Positions 28,316 through 38,447 of a DNA stretch of 64,000 nt are shown here, one piece after another. How positions within the stretch are numbered: the stretch's first letter is position 1; each line of letters begins with the position of its first letter. A program made the translations under genes and the position numbers. This DNA is from Clostridia bacterium (GTDB lineage: Bacteria > Bacillota > Clostridia > Oscillospirales > CAG-272), in assembly GCA_017461945.1 (NCBI GenBank), contig JAFTSB010000057.1:3594-67593 (forward strand). Direction: 5' to 3'. The notes beneath the pieces were generated by a model. That model had not been told where the DNA came from. It searched no databases and saw only the letters and a program-made list of their open reading frames with translations.

Positions 28316-29353
28316 ATGAAGCAGTATCTGTTGCCCGAAAACGGGAATTTTTACAAGGCGAATATGCACACGCATACCAATATTTCCGACGGTGCATTCA
28401 CCCCGGAGGAGATCAAAAAGAAGTATTCCGAAGCAGGCTATTCCATCGTGGCCTTTACCGATCATGAGGTAATGGTATCGCAAAATCACTTAACGGATGC
28501 GCATTTTTTGGCCATTAACGCCGTTGAGACGATCACCAGCGACAAATGGCCGGGTGGCTATTGCTATAATAAGACCTACCACATCAATTTTTATGCCAAA
28601 TCGCCCGACATCACCCATTGCCCAGTACTTAGCGCCAAAAATATCTGGCAGGAGCACACCAAGGCCTATGCCACGCCCGAGATGATCGAGCACCCCTATA
28701 AGAACCACTATTCCATTGCCGGTGTGAACGATGCCATTCAAAAGGCCAAGGCCGCAGGCTTTTTGGTGTGTCTTAACCACCCGGTCTGGTCCAGCCAGGA
28801 TTATACCGACTATATGGGTCTCAAGGGTCTTTGGGGCGTTGAGGTCTATAACACCGGCTGCTATCGTGGCGGTCAGCACGATACGGTGCAGCCCATGGTT
28901 GATATGCTGCGCACCAACGAGCACGTTATGCCCGTGGCCGCCGATGACATTCACTCTGCCGGTGATGCATTTGGCGGCTGGTTGATGGTCAAGGCGGATC
29001 AACTGGAGTACACCACGGTGATGAATGCCTTGGAGCGTGGTGATTTTTATGCTTCCACCGGACCGGAAATCAAGGCACTATATCTGGAGGATGGTGTGTT
29101 GAAAATCGAAACCTCTGAGGCCTTTAGCATTTCGCTGATCAGCAGCTATCGCTACCACCGCGAGCGCCGCGGAACCGACGAGGCCCCCTTGACCGCCGCC
29201 GCCTTTGACCTGAATGAGTTCATCAAACAAAACAACGCTCACGCTTATCCTCGCAATACACCTTGGGTGCGCCTGGAGGTGCGTGATATGCGTGGCAATC
29301 TGGCCTGGACCCGTGCCTTCTTCTTGGACGAGCTGAACGGAAGGGGAGAATGA
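28316..29353 (+). CDS. PHP-domain metal-dependent phosphoesterase
   Basis: N-terminal KANMHTHTNISDG (H-x-H...D PHP motif), IVAFTDHE, and later AADDIHS. Confidence 0.8.
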   Translation: MKQYLLPENGNFYKANMHTHTNISDGAFTPEEIKKKYSEAGYSIVAFTDHEVMVSQNHLTDAHFLAINAVETITSDKWPGGYCYNKTYHINFYAKSPDITHCPVLSAKNIWQEHTKAYATPEMIEHPYKNHYSIAGVNDAIQKAKAAGFLVCLNHPVWSSQDYTDYMGLKGLWGVEVYNTGCYRGGQHDTVQPMVDMLRTNEHVMPVAADDIHSAGDAFGGWLMVKADQLEYTTVMNALERGDFYASTGPEIKALYLEDGVLKIETSEAFSISLISSYRYHRERRGTDEAPLTAAAFDLNEFIKQNNAHAYPRNTPWVRLEVRDMRGNLAWTRAFFLDELNGRGE

Positions 29354-29354
29354 A

Positions 29355-30410
29355 ATGAAACAGTATCTACTTCCCGAAAACGGCAATTTTTATAAAGCCA
29401 ACCTGCACGTACACACCACGGTTTCTGACGGTGCCACCACGCCCGAGGAGACCAAGGCCGGCTATGTGGAGCACGGTTATTCCATCGTTGCCTTTACCGA
29501 TCACGAGGTATTTGTACCGCAAAACGCTTTAACGGATGAGCATTTTCTTGCCATTAACGCTGTGGAACTGGCTGTTAACGACGGCTGGCCGGGCGGATTC
29601 AAATACAACAAGTCCACGCACCTCAATCTCTATGCCATGGATCCCAACAAGACCGATTGCGCTGTTTGCTCCGGCAAGTTTGTGTGGCTGGAGCAATCCA
29701 AGCCCTATATTTCTGAGGCTGCCGCCAACAACAAGTATCGCAAACACTATTCGGTGGCCGCCTATAACGATTTGATTCGCAAGGCGCGCGCTGACGGATT
29801 TCTGACCTGCTACAATCATCCCGTTTGGTCGATGCACAATTACAGCGATTACAGCGGTATGCAGGGCTTGTGGGGCGTTGAAGTCTATAACACCGGCTCG
29901 GCCCGTGGCGGCATGGAGGATACGGTTCAGCCCTTTGAGGATCTGCTTAACCAGGGGCAGCATCTGGTGCCCGTTGCTGCCGACGATGCCCACAGCCTTG
30001 GCGGCTCTGCTTACGGCGGTTGGACAATGGTGAAGGCTGATCAACTGGAGTATGTCACCGTTATGAAGGCCCTGGAGAGAGGGGATTGCTACTCCTCCAA
30101 TGGCCCCGAGATCAAGGAGCTTTATATTGAGGATGGCGTGGTGCATATGACCACCTCCGAGGCGGTCTTTGTTCGCCTGGTGACCAGCATCCGTTATAAG
30201 CATGTGAAGCACGGCACCGAAGAAGAACCCGTTACCGAGGTTGCCTTCGACATCAATCCTTTTATCGAGGGTGAAAAGGAATGCCGCGCTACCCGCACCG
30301 CTCCTTGGTTCCGCTTGGAGGTCAAGGATCGGCGTGGCAAGCACGCTTGGACAAGAGCTTACTTTTTGGACGAGCTGCAAGAAGCCCCCCACGAGGAGGA
30401 AGCCAAATGA
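29355..30410 (+). CDS. PHP-domain metal-dependent phosphoesterase, tandem paralog
   Basis: Starts 1 nt after the previous stop. Shares MKQYLLPENGNFYKAN, YSIVAFTDHEV and VKADQLEY with its neighbour. Confidence 0.8.
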   Translation: MKQYLLPENGNFYKANLHVHTTVSDGATTPEETKAGYVEHGYSIVAFTDHEVFVPQNALTDEHFLAINAVELAVNDGWPGGFKYNKSTHLNLYAMDPNKTDCAVCSGKFVWLEQSKPYISEAAANNKYRKHYSVAAYNDLIRKARADGFLTCYNHPVWSMHNYSDYSGMQGLWGVEVYNTGSARGGMEDTVQPFEDLLNQGQHLVPVAADDAHSLGGSAYGGWTMVKADQLEYVTVMKALERGDCYSSNGPEIKELYIEDGVVHMTTSEAVFVRLVTSIRYKHVKHGTEEEPVTEVAFDINPFIEGEKECRATRTAPWFRLEVKDRRGKHAWTRAYFLDELQEAPHEEEAK

Positions 30411-31948
30411 GAATCGCTTTGGTGGCCGATCTGCATCTATCCGATATTGAAAACACACCTCAGGAGGAAGCGCTGCATTGGGCCATTGAGGAACTGAACC
30501 ACCTGCAGCCGGATGCCTGTGCGTGGCTGGGTGATATCACCGCCTGCGGCGCACCCGACGCGGCCATTCGCTTTCGGCAAAAGATCAGCCGGCTTTCCTG
30601 CCCCTCGGTGACGGTGCCCGGCAATTCGGATCTGCGCACGCCTGCAACGGCGCCTGCGGTCCAACGCTTTTTTTGTAATGACCCTCAGGGCCTGAAGGTG
30701 GGGAACGTGCGCTTGGTGGGGATGGATCTTTCTCGCGATTGCATTTTGCCCGACGAGCGCGCACGGTTGGCAGCCATCGACGGCTGCGACGACCTTGTGC
30801 TGTGCAGCCATCAGCCGGCCAAATATCTGGACGAGGATTCCTTGGCCTTTTTGCGCGGCTGGATCAAGGAGCGTGTAGCCAAGCAACGCATTTTGCTGTG
30901 GGCCAGTGGTCATCGCCACGTGTATGAAAAGGGCGACTTTGAGGGTGTCCCCACCCTTTCAATGCGCGCGCTGGATCCGGATAAGTGCATTGGCGGCTCT
31001 GCGCAGATCTGCATTTTTGACACCGAGCAGGGTGTGGATGGTTTGACAGAGCTGAGCTATTCGCGCCATATGCCGGCGGCCTGGAGTGATGAGGAGCGCC
31101 GCGAATTTTCCGGATTCTTGGGCATCACCTGCTATAACAAAAGCAAGGTGGAGCGTGATATGCCCTTTGCCATCGAGCAGGGCGTGCGCCATTTGGAATG
31201 GCGAAGCATCAAAGAGGGAGAGATCTCCCTGCTGGAGGCCTGGCGTCGGGGCGGAGGAAAGACCTTCTCGCTGCATTTGCCGTCTATTGGATATAACGGG
31301 GAGATTACACACGCGCCCGAATTTCAAAGTGCCGCCATAGATGCGGTGCGGGCGGCGGCTGATATGGTCACCGTGCACCCACCTCAGCTCCCCATGGAGC
31401 ACATGCAAAGCGGATCCCCCATTTTTGAGGCACTTGCCGATACTATGGCAGAGGCGCTATTGCCTGTTTCAAGGGCCGGAATTGACATTTTGGTTGAGAA
31501 CAATCACACAGCCCCCGGCACCAAGCGTGAAACGTTGCGCTTGCCCTATGGCTGCACACCTCTGGATCTGATCGGCTGGCGGGAGGCCTTGCGTGCACGT
31601 CTGGGTGCCGATAGCTGCCACCTGCGCCTTGATATCGGGCACGCACGGAATAATATGCCATTCTCGCAGGAATATCCCATTGGTAAATGGTATGGCGTGA
31701 TCGGTAAAGAGGCGCGCGCCTATCATTTGCATCAGACGATTTATTCCAAAAAGGATAAAAAAATGCACAATCACCATCCCATCATGGGCTGGCACAACAG
31801 CTTTGTCTCCTTTGATGGTTTTTTATGGGCGTGGCACACCGGTGTGCTGAACCACGGGCCGTTGATCCTGGAGATTCGGGAGGGTGAGGGCGCTCCCGCC
31901 ACGTGGGCACGCCTGCAGCGTATGCTGCGCGAGGGTACTTGTCAATAA
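30407..31948 (+). CDS. fusion: calcineurin-like metallophosphoesterase N-domain plus xylose-isomerase-like TIM-barrel C-domain
   Basis: ATG overlaps the previous stop (ATGA). Phosphoesterase motifs VADLHLSD, LGDITACG, PGNSDL, ASGHRHV. C-terminal half has FSLHLP, VTVHPP, ILVENNH, LDIGHA. Confidence 0.75.
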   Translation: MRIALVADLHLSDIENTPQEEALHWAIEELNHLQPDACAWLGDITACGAPDAAIRFRQKISRLSCPSVTVPGNSDLRTPATAPAVQRFFCNDPQGLKVGNVRLVGMDLSRDCILPDERARLAAIDGCDDLVLCSHQPAKYLDEDSLAFLRGWIKERVAKQRILLWASGHRHVYEKGDFEGVPTLSMRALDPDKCIGGSAQICIFDTEQGVDGLTELSYSRHMPAAWSDEERREFSGFLGITCYNKSKVERDMPFAIEQGVRHLEWRSIKEGEISLLEAWRRGGGKTFSLHLPSIGYNGEITHAPEFQSAAIDAVRAAADMVTVHPPQLPMEHMQSGSPIFEALADTMAEALLPVSRAGIDILVENNHTAPGTKRETLRLPYGCTPLDLIGWREALRARLGADSCHLRLDIGHARNNMPFSQEYPIGKWYGVIGKEARAYHLHQTIYSKKDKKMHNHHPIMGWHNSFVSFDGFLWAWHTGVLNHGPLILEIREGEGAPATWARLQRMLREGTCQ

Positions 31949-31964
31949 AACGGACATACGTATC

Positions 31965-32006
31965 AAAAAAACGCCGACATTTCAGCGAAATGTCGGCGTT
32001 TTTTCT
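31965..32006. terminator. intrinsic terminator, usable from both strands
   Basis: ACGCCGACATT / AATGTCGGCGT stem flanked by A7 and T6. Confidence 0.8.
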
Positions 32007-32094
32007 TATGCTTTATCGGTAAAGATCTCCGTATCCTCGTTATGTGATAATGCTTGCGAACCTTGAATTCGTCGTTGCGAAGCATCCAGTTGTC

Positions 32095-34236
32095 TTATAC
32101 ATTTAACTGACGAACGACATTGACCTTTTTCTTCTTGGGGGTGTACAACAACTCGTATTGGCTTTCCAATCCACCATCGGCCTGCAGTACCAGTGTTACA
32201 CGGTCGGTTTCGGCGTGGGGCAGCTCAAAGCGCACCGTGGGGCCGCGATGGTTGCCGTTCGCTTCTGCAGCGGCGCTCCAATCCAGCAGCTCGATCACCT
32301 CGTCGCCCACCTTGGCACTGACGTGAACCGTGCCCGATACCGCCTTGGGGGTGTCGTTCAGCAGCCAAAGCTCTGCCTCAAAGGTTTCGCCCTCCTTCCA
32401 GTCAAACTTCGGGATCCTGGCGCTGAACAGGGTGGGGCGCATTGCTTTTTGTACATAGTAGTAGCAGGGCTTGATCTTGGTGGGGTAAGCGATCAGCTCA
32501 TTGCCTGCGGCGGTGATCCAGGGCTCGTTGTAGTCCCAGTTGATGCCCATGCTGCAGTGGGGCCACTGACGGCGGATCTCCTCAAAGGCACCGCGATAGC
32601 CCTCGCACTGCATCCATTGCTGCCCCTTTACCATTTCCTCCAGGGAGCTGGGAGTGCCGAAATAGTGCTCGTAAACATCCTGACAAACCCATCTGCTTTG
32701 CCCCCAGGCTTTAAAGCCGTGATGCGCTACCCACGCGGGGGTCTCACGAATGGGGAAGAGCTCGTCCTCGGGGATGATCTGCTTCAGGGTTTCGACGTCG
32801 GCGATAGAAGGAACGCCGAATTCGGTATAGGCGGTGTGATGGGAGCCTTGGAATTGCTGGAACACATCGCCGCCCTGGCTTTCGGAGTAGAAGACATAGC
32901 CACCGTGTGCCATGCCATAAAGGGGAGAGGTATAAAGGAAAGGACGCTTGTAGTCCAGCTCGAGGCAGAGCTTGTTGAGAAGGCGCAGAGGGGCAGACTG
33001 CTCATCCATACCCGACCAGGCGTTGAACAGCTCATTTCCGCCGCACCAAAAGGCAAGGCAGGGGTGATGGCGGAACTTTCTGATCATGCCGGTGGCTTCA
33101 TTTTCCAGGGTCTGCATATAATTGCCCACGTCGATGTACTCGTTACAGGCCAGCATAAATTCCTGCCAGAGCAGGATGCCTTCGCGGTCACAGATGTCAT
33201 AAAAGCTTTCCTTGGGAGTGCCTGCACCGCCCCACATACGAAAGATGTTCATGTGGCATTCCTTGGCAAGGCGGATCAACTCCTCATAGCGCGCCGCAGT
33301 GATCTCGCCCCAGAACAGCTCGGGGTTGACCCAGTTGGAGCCCTTGCAGAAGATGCGGCGATTGTTCAGCTCCACGGTGATGGGGGCCTCGTATCTGCCC
33401 TTGGGGAAGATAGAGGGGCCTCTTGCGCCCGCATTGCGCAGCAGGCGGAGGCGGCGGAAGCCCAGCTTGCCCGTGTGTTCCTCATGGCCGTTGCGCACCA
33501 CCCATGTGTACAGATAGGGCGCACCCTGACCGTTGCACCACCACAGCTCGGGGGTGTTTACGGTAAACTGCTTATCGGTGCCGCGATAGACCTCCTTGCC
33601 CTCCTCATCCAATAGCAGGATCTCACAGGGCAGAGCGCAGTCAAAGCTGCAACGAACGGTGCCCACGGTCAGGTCGTCGCTGATGTCTGCCAGCACCTCG
33701 CATGCGCCAATGTGGCTATCGCCACGCGTTTCAATATAGGTGTCGTCCCAGATACCGGAGATCAGCAAACGGGGGTTCCAGTCCCAACCGTAATAAACGG
33801 GGGGATTGCAGGATTCGTTGGCCTCGTCACGGGAATTTGCGTGGCCACGTCCGCTCTTGGGGTGGGGGTAAATATGTACCGTCAGCAGGTCATCCTGGCC
33901 GGTGAGATGTTCGGTCAGCTCGATCTCGTGACCGCGGAACATGCCTTCGTAAGAGAACAGCAGCTTGTCGCCCAGCAGGATGTCGTACCGATATTGAATA
34001 CCCTTTGTCACAAAGAACACGCGCTCGCCGGGTTGGCGCTCCAGCTGTAAGTGGGTGCGGTATTCCCAATGGTCGTTTTCCAAAGGAAGGAACTGCTTGT
34101 AGTTATCCGCGAACTGTACATCTGCAAAGTTGTGGGCGGTGGCATAGTCCTTCTGGATGTTACCGGGGACGGTGGCAGGGAACCACACGTCGGGCTCGGA
34201 GCAGTTTCGGCCTTCCCAAATTTGATAGAATTTCAT
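32095..34236 (-). CDS. glycoside hydrolase family 2 (beta-mannosidase/exo-glucosaminidase-like)
   Basis: GH2 layout with WCGGNELFNAW and a NEY acid/base-like block (ACNEYI); sugar-binding N-domain pattern VPGNIQKDY. Confidence 0.7.
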   Translation of the reverse strand: MKFYQIWEGRNCSEPDVWFPATVPGNIQKDYATAHNFADVQFADNYKQFLPLENDHWEYRTHLQLERQPGERVFFVTKGIQYRYDILLGDKLLFSYEGMFRGHEIELTEHLTGQDDLLTVHIYPHPKSGRGHANSRDEANESCNPPVYYGWDWNPRLLISGIWDDTYIETRGDSHIGACEVLADISDDLTVGTVRCSFDCALPCEILLLDEEGKEVYRGTDKQFTVNTPELWWCNGQGAPYLYTWVVRNGHEEHTGKLGFRRLRLLRNAGARGPSIFPKGRYEAPITVELNNRRIFCKGSNWVNPELFWGEITAARYEELIRLAKECHMNIFRMWGGAGTPKESFYDICDREGILLWQEFMLACNEYIDVGNYMQTLENEATGMIRKFRHHPCLAFWCGGNELFNAWSGMDEQSAPLRLLNKLCLELDYKRPFLYTSPLYGMAHGGYVFYSESQGGDVFQQFQGSHHTAYTEFGVPSIADVETLKQIIPEDELFPIRETPAWVAHHGFKAWGQSRWVCQDVYEHYFGTPSSLEEMVKGQQWMQCEGYRGAFEEIRRQWPHCSMGINWDYNEPWITAAGNELIAYPTKIKPCYYYVQKAMRPTLFSARIPKFDWKEGETFEAELWLLNDTPKAVSGTVHVSAKVGDEVIELLDWSAAAEANGNHRGPTVRFELPHAETDRVTLVLQADGGLESQYELLYTPKKKKVNVVRQLNV

Positions 34237-34251
34237 ACACGGTACCTCGTT

Positions 34252-34980
34252 TTATGAATTTTGATTTAGAATGGCATCTATGGCACACTGCGAAAGCAGG
34301 GCTTTTTTGTCATCGGGCAGATCGCAATGACCGCAATGGGGGATCTCATAGTATTGCACGTGTCGCCCGGCTTTCTTCATTGCGGCAACGAAGCGATCCG
34401 AATGCTTTTCCTTGTTTACCGCCTGGTCGGCTGCACAATGGAAGATATGATACGCAGCGGCAGGCATATGCGGTGCAAGGTGCAGGGGGGAAAAGCGCTC
34501 CAGCACTTGTTCTATGGTGCCCTCCTCGTGCCAAAAGGCGCTGTACAGGGTGCGGGGCAGATCCGGGCGCTCGGTCAGGTGATAGGGGAGATCGCACACC
34601 GGGCAGTTGGCAATGCAGGCCACGGGGGTGCGCTTTGCATAGTGAGTATAGACCAGGGCGCATAGTCCACCCATGCTACCGCCGGTGGCCACCACAGGGA
34701 TGCTTTCAGGGAGCTTGTAGTGGTCGATCAGCACGTCCAGAATTTCGTCGGTCATAGCAACGGACTGGGGGTTCATCCAGTTCCACGGATTGTTATAGGG
34801 ATGCACATAAAGAATGCCGCGTTCTCCATAGTAAGCGCCGGCGCCGGTTTCGGCATGGAACATTTTGGTGTTGCCCAGCCCGAAAAAGGAAACGACAATA
34901 CCGCGCACGGGTGCTTGACACACGGCGGTGTTGACATAAGCAAAGCCTGCCAAATGCTCCATGGTAATCATTTTTTGCAT
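34252..34980 (-). CDS. alpha/beta-hydrolase esterase
   Basis: Nucleophile elbow GGSMGG, and HCAADQAV / PHCGH candidates for the acid/His. AAAGGAG SD before MQKMITME. Confidence 0.7.
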   Translation of the reverse strand: MQKMITMEHLAGFAYVNTAVCQAPVRGIVVSFFGLGNTKMFHAETGAGAYYGERGILYVHPYNNPWNWMNPQSVAMTDEILDVLIDHYKLPESIPVVATGGSMGGLCALVYTHYAKRTPVACIANCPVCDLPYHLTERPDLPRTLYSAFWHEEGTIEQVLERFSPLHLAPHMPAAAYHIFHCAADQAVNKEKHSDRFVAAMKKAGRHVQYYEIPHCGHCDLPDDKKALLSQCAIDAILNQNS

Positions 34981-34996
34981 GCGTAGCTCCTTTTCC

Positions 34997-37294
34997 TTAA
35001 AACTCACTGGCAAGTGCCGCCTGCTCGCTTTTCAGGTGCTGAATGGATTCAATCACCGGGATTTCTCCTTCCGCTGCGCTTGTGGGGGTGGCCAAGAAAA
35101 AGGTGGAATGGCAAGAGGCCAAGGTCAAACGCAGGTTGGTGTAAGGCTCTCCCTTATAGGAAAGAAGCTTGCAGCGGCGTTTGACCATTGAGCCGGAGTG
35201 AGGATCCCATTCCTCCACCTCAAAGGCGCCACGCAGCAGTACGTGATGGTCATATGGCGTTTTGGTAGTGTTGGAAAAATAATAGATGTCACAATCGTCG
35301 TGCTGCTTGTGGATATGATTGATCATACCGCCGCCCGGTATGGTGCGGTGCAGACCAAGATTGTGAAATTCGGGATAAACGGAATTCAGCGCGCCGGTGA
35401 TCTCCAGGCGCGACATACCCGGCATATAAATGTCATAAGGTAGCTCAAAGGAGTTCAGCGCATCGTTGACCGTGGTGCTGCGCACCATGCGGGTGCCGTC
35501 TGCTGCCGAGGCGCTAAAGTACAAAAAGATGGCCTCGCCGCCCTGTGCATTGCGGTGAATGCAGTAATTACGCATGACCGCAGGGTCGCAGGCTTCCTCA
35601 CCAAAAATAGCGCGGATCAAGCGGCAGACCTCACGGTCATTTTCGCCGCTTGCATCGTATTCAAAGGCCTTGGTGGGTAGAACTCCTGTGGCCAGTATTT
35701 TACCGCCCTCGTCATAAAATTTCTTTAACGTTTGCAAGTTTTTCAAACTGATCATCGTGGTTCCGGGGAGTACCACCACGCGGAATTTCTCGCGGTTGCA
35801 GGCGTTATCCAGGTACAAAACACCACCCTCGGTGCGGCAACGGGTATTGACGGTTTCGGGGTGCAGTAAGGTCAGATCGTGACCGGAATAGATCGAGATC
35901 GAATTGATCAGGGTCATATAATCAGCACTGGAGGGCGTGGAAGGATATTCATATCCGTCGGCAGGGGAAAAGTAAAGCCCGGTTTTGCTGTGAAGATCAT
36001 AGATAGGATAGAGCATGGCAATATCGGCCACGTGCCTGCCGCCGCGCAGCAGGGTTTGAGTGCGGGCCACAAAATCGCAGAAATCGCTGTTGGCCGTCAG
36101 CTCGTCGGATAAATGCAGTGCCGTGCAGTTGGCACCGCGAGCAAAGGCGTTCATGGCGTCCTTGTATTGACGCTCGCGGTCATGCTTGGCGTAATTGCGG
36201 AACAGCTCTGCGTTGACGCGCTCGATGTCAAAATTATACGCCGCGCCCGCTGCTACCTTGACCGAATTGGTGCCGTACATATAGGCCTTGTCAAACAGGG
36301 CGCAGGGGGCGTAGATGTTATTGAGCATCGCATCACCCATGGAGAAGGAGCAGGAGGTCAGCTTAGGCTCAGAAAGGTTGCCAAAGGGGGTCAGCCCCAT
36401 CTCGGTGGCAAAATCCCGCAGCGCGCGCAGGATGCCGTTTTGCAGCAGCGAGGCACGCAGGGTCATAAAGCAGGATTTCAGGTGGTCGGTCTCCTTGCCG
36501 ACAAAGCCGAACAGGGCAGGGTAATAGGGGGCAGGGTCAAAGCCAAAGCGCTTTTCAAACAGGCGGTTAAAGGCGGGATCCCAGCTGCGCCGGTTGCGGC
36601 CATTAAAGCCGATGCCCGAATAGGAAATGATATTCAGCGTTTTGCCAAGATAGGGGGCAAAGGTGTCGGCAAACAGCGAAAAGACCGCGCGGATATAGCT
36701 CATGGAGGCTTCATAGGAAAGGTAGTTAGCCCCCTCTCGTTCGGTGTCGTCCACGGCCAGATATTCCCGGATCACATAATTGCCGGCGGGCACCTGCCAA
36801 ATCAGCATCCCATCCTTTACAAAGGGGCGCAGATCGATCAGCTCGCAAAACTCCTCATCAACGGCTACCAGCGACATACGCTCGCCGGGGGTCAAACGGC
36901 GATTGGTGGTTTCTCCACGCTCGCAAATGTATTCCTTGCAGATCAGAATTTTGGCGCGCATGCATTCCTCGCCGATCTCGCTCATGGTGCGGATCACCGC
37001 ATTCTCATAAGCCGGATCCAGATAAAAGCCTACGGTCAATCCCCATTCCTCGGCACGGCGCAAAATAAAAGCATACATGGCCCGGATGTTCGCCAGCGTG
37101 TCGGTATTCAGGGCAGTCCCCATGGGCAGCTGCGGAATCAACGTGCTGCAGCCGCTACGGCGGCAACGTGCCATTTCTGCCTGTAAATAGGATTCAAAAT
37201 TGGGATCATCTGCCGCAGGGAGGGTGAAATAGTACATGGGTCTGCGCGCATTGGTGGGAGTCATAAATGTGGCGCGGCGCTTGTTGGTGGGCAT
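34997..37294 (-). CDS. large uncharacterised protein, putative glycoside hydrolase by context
   Basis: 765 codons. AAAGGAGG SD before MPTNKRR. Heads the operon with the esterase and GH2 genes. I recognise no catalytic motif. Confidence 0.6.
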   Translation of the reverse strand: MPTNKRRATFMTPTNARRPMYYFTLPAADDPNFESYLQAEMARCRRSGCSTLIPQLPMGTALNTDTLANIRAMYAFILRRAEEWGLTVGFYLDPAYENAVIRTMSEIGEECMRAKILICKEYICERGETTNRRLTPGERMSLVAVDEEFCELIDLRPFVKDGMLIWQVPAGNYVIREYLAVDDTEREGANYLSYEASMSYIRAVFSLFADTFAPYLGKTLNIISYSGIGFNGRNRRSWDPAFNRLFEKRFGFDPAPYYPALFGFVGKETDHLKSCFMTLRASLLQNGILRALRDFATEMGLTPFGNLSEPKLTSCSFSMGDAMLNNIYAPCALFDKAYMYGTNSVKVAAGAAYNFDIERVNAELFRNYAKHDRERQYKDAMNAFARGANCTALHLSDELTANSDFCDFVARTQTLLRGGRHVADIAMLYPIYDLHSKTGLYFSPADGYEYPSTPSSADYMTLINSISIYSGHDLTLLHPETVNTRCRTEGGVLYLDNACNREKFRVVVLPGTTMISLKNLQTLKKFYDEGGKILATGVLPTKAFEYDASGENDREVCRLIRAIFGEEACDPAVMRNYCIHRNAQGGEAIFLYFSASAADGTRMVRSTTVNDALNSFELPYDIYMPGMSRLEITGALNSVYPEFHNLGLHRTIPGGGMINHIHKQHDDCDIYYFSNTTKTPYDHHVLLRGAFEVEEWDPHSGSMVKRRCKLLSYKGEPYTNLRLTLASCHSTFFLATPTSAAEGEIPVIESIQHLKSEQAALASEF

Positions 37295-37381
37295 AGAGTG
37301 ACCTCCTTTGCTTGCTACTACCACAAGTATATCATATTTTCTTGGTAATTTCCATAGCGTATGTAAATTTTTTAGGTATCA

Positions 37382-37410
37382 TTGACAGCCGGCGTAAAAT
37401 GCGGTACAAT
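37382..37410 (+). promoter_or_regulatory. sigma-70-like promoter
   Basis: TTGACA (37382-37387), 17-nt spacer, TACAAT (37405-37410). Confidence 0.7.
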
Positions 37411-37441
37411 AATACTATATTTGCAAGAAGGGGGGGTGCGC

Positions 37442-38437
37442 GTGTCACCGATCGAAGGGCAATATCGTAATCTCATGACCCGCCTGGGGCTCACCATGCT
37501 GGTGTTTGAGGCACTGTATACCATTTTTGGTGTGATCATTGGCATTTTGCCTTTTGTTACAGATCGCTTGATGAACCCCATTGCAGGTGATGTGATCTAC
37601 GAGCTGCTTTACGGGCTGCTCTATGCCGCTATTTTTGTGTTGCCGGTGGTGTTCTTTCACTTGATCTCCGGGGGCAAGCGACAGGAGCCTATGGAGCTGG
37701 AGCTCCGATTGCCCCGGTCTACTATCCTGTATATTTTTGCCGGTATGGCCGTCATCAACGCCGCTGCCTATCTGAACTCGTATCTTGTCAGCATTTTCAA
37801 CTATAGCGCTTTTACCGAGCAGCTGATGGAGACCCATAGCGCCGTTACCAACTATCAGCTGATACTGATGGTCTTTACCACGGCGGTGGTGCCTGCCTTT
37901 GTAGAGGAATTCTTGTTCCGCGGCTTGATTCTTTCCAATCTTGCCCCCTATGGCCGCACCACCGCGGTGGTGGCCAGCGCCTTGCTGTTTGGCTTGATGC
38001 ATCAGAATGCCGGCCAATTGCTGTATGCAACGGCTGCAGGCGTTGTGCTGGGCCTGCTTTATCTCAAGGCAAAATCCATTTGGCCCTGTGTGCTGTTGCA
38101 CTTTGTCAACAACTTTGTTTCGGTGATCCAGACCGCCCTGCTGCAGCGCTTGGGCGAGGAAACGGGCAACGGCATTGTAGGGGTAATGCAGGGACTGATC
38201 CTTGGCGTTGGGTTGCTGTGCGCCATTGTGCTGATTTTGCGTGAAAAACGCGAACGTCCTTCCGTTTTTGCGACAGGATGCTTTGAAAAGGATCTGCCTG
38301 CCGATCCCGAATATGTTGCTGCAGAGCTGTCCTTTGGCCGTCGTGTGCGTCTCTTTTTCTCGGCTCCCATGATCATCTTTTTGGTGATCTGCACCGTGCA
38401 GATGGCAGGGCTGATTCTGATGGCGCTTTTGCTTTGA
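37442..38437 (+). CDS. CPBP-family intramembrane glutamic endopeptidase (CAAX protease-like)
   Basis: Motifs VPAFVEEFLFRG, FGLMH and HFVNN in a polytopic membrane protein. GTG start after AAGGGGGGG. Confidence 0.8.
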   Translation: MSPIEGQYRNLMTRLGLTMLVFEALYTIFGVIIGILPFVTDRLMNPIAGDVIYELLYGLLYAAIFVLPVVFFHLISGGKRQEPMELELRLPRSTILYIFAGMAVINAAAYLNSYLVSIFNYSAFTEQLMETHSAVTNYQLILMVFTTAVVPAFVEEFLFRGLILSNLAPYGRTTAVVASALLFGLMHQNAGQLLYATAAGVVLGLLYLKAKSIWPCVLLHFVNNFVSVIQTALLQRLGEETGNGIVGVMQGLILGVGLLCAIVLILREKRERPSVFATGCFEKDLPADPEYVAAELSFGRRVRLFFSAPMIIFLVICTVQMAGLILMALLL

Positions 38438-38447
38438 CGAGGTGCTT

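Noticed and set aside
30281-30406. N-terminal 42-codon extension of the phosphoesterase/TIM ORF in the track, with similar upstream extensions of ORFs at 8744, 10475, 24436, 26895, 46555 and 55924..56907.
   Set aside because: The extensions overlap the preceding gene, a terminator or a tRNA, and lack SD sequences. Internal starts with good SD sites, or with coupling overlaps, match the family N-termini.
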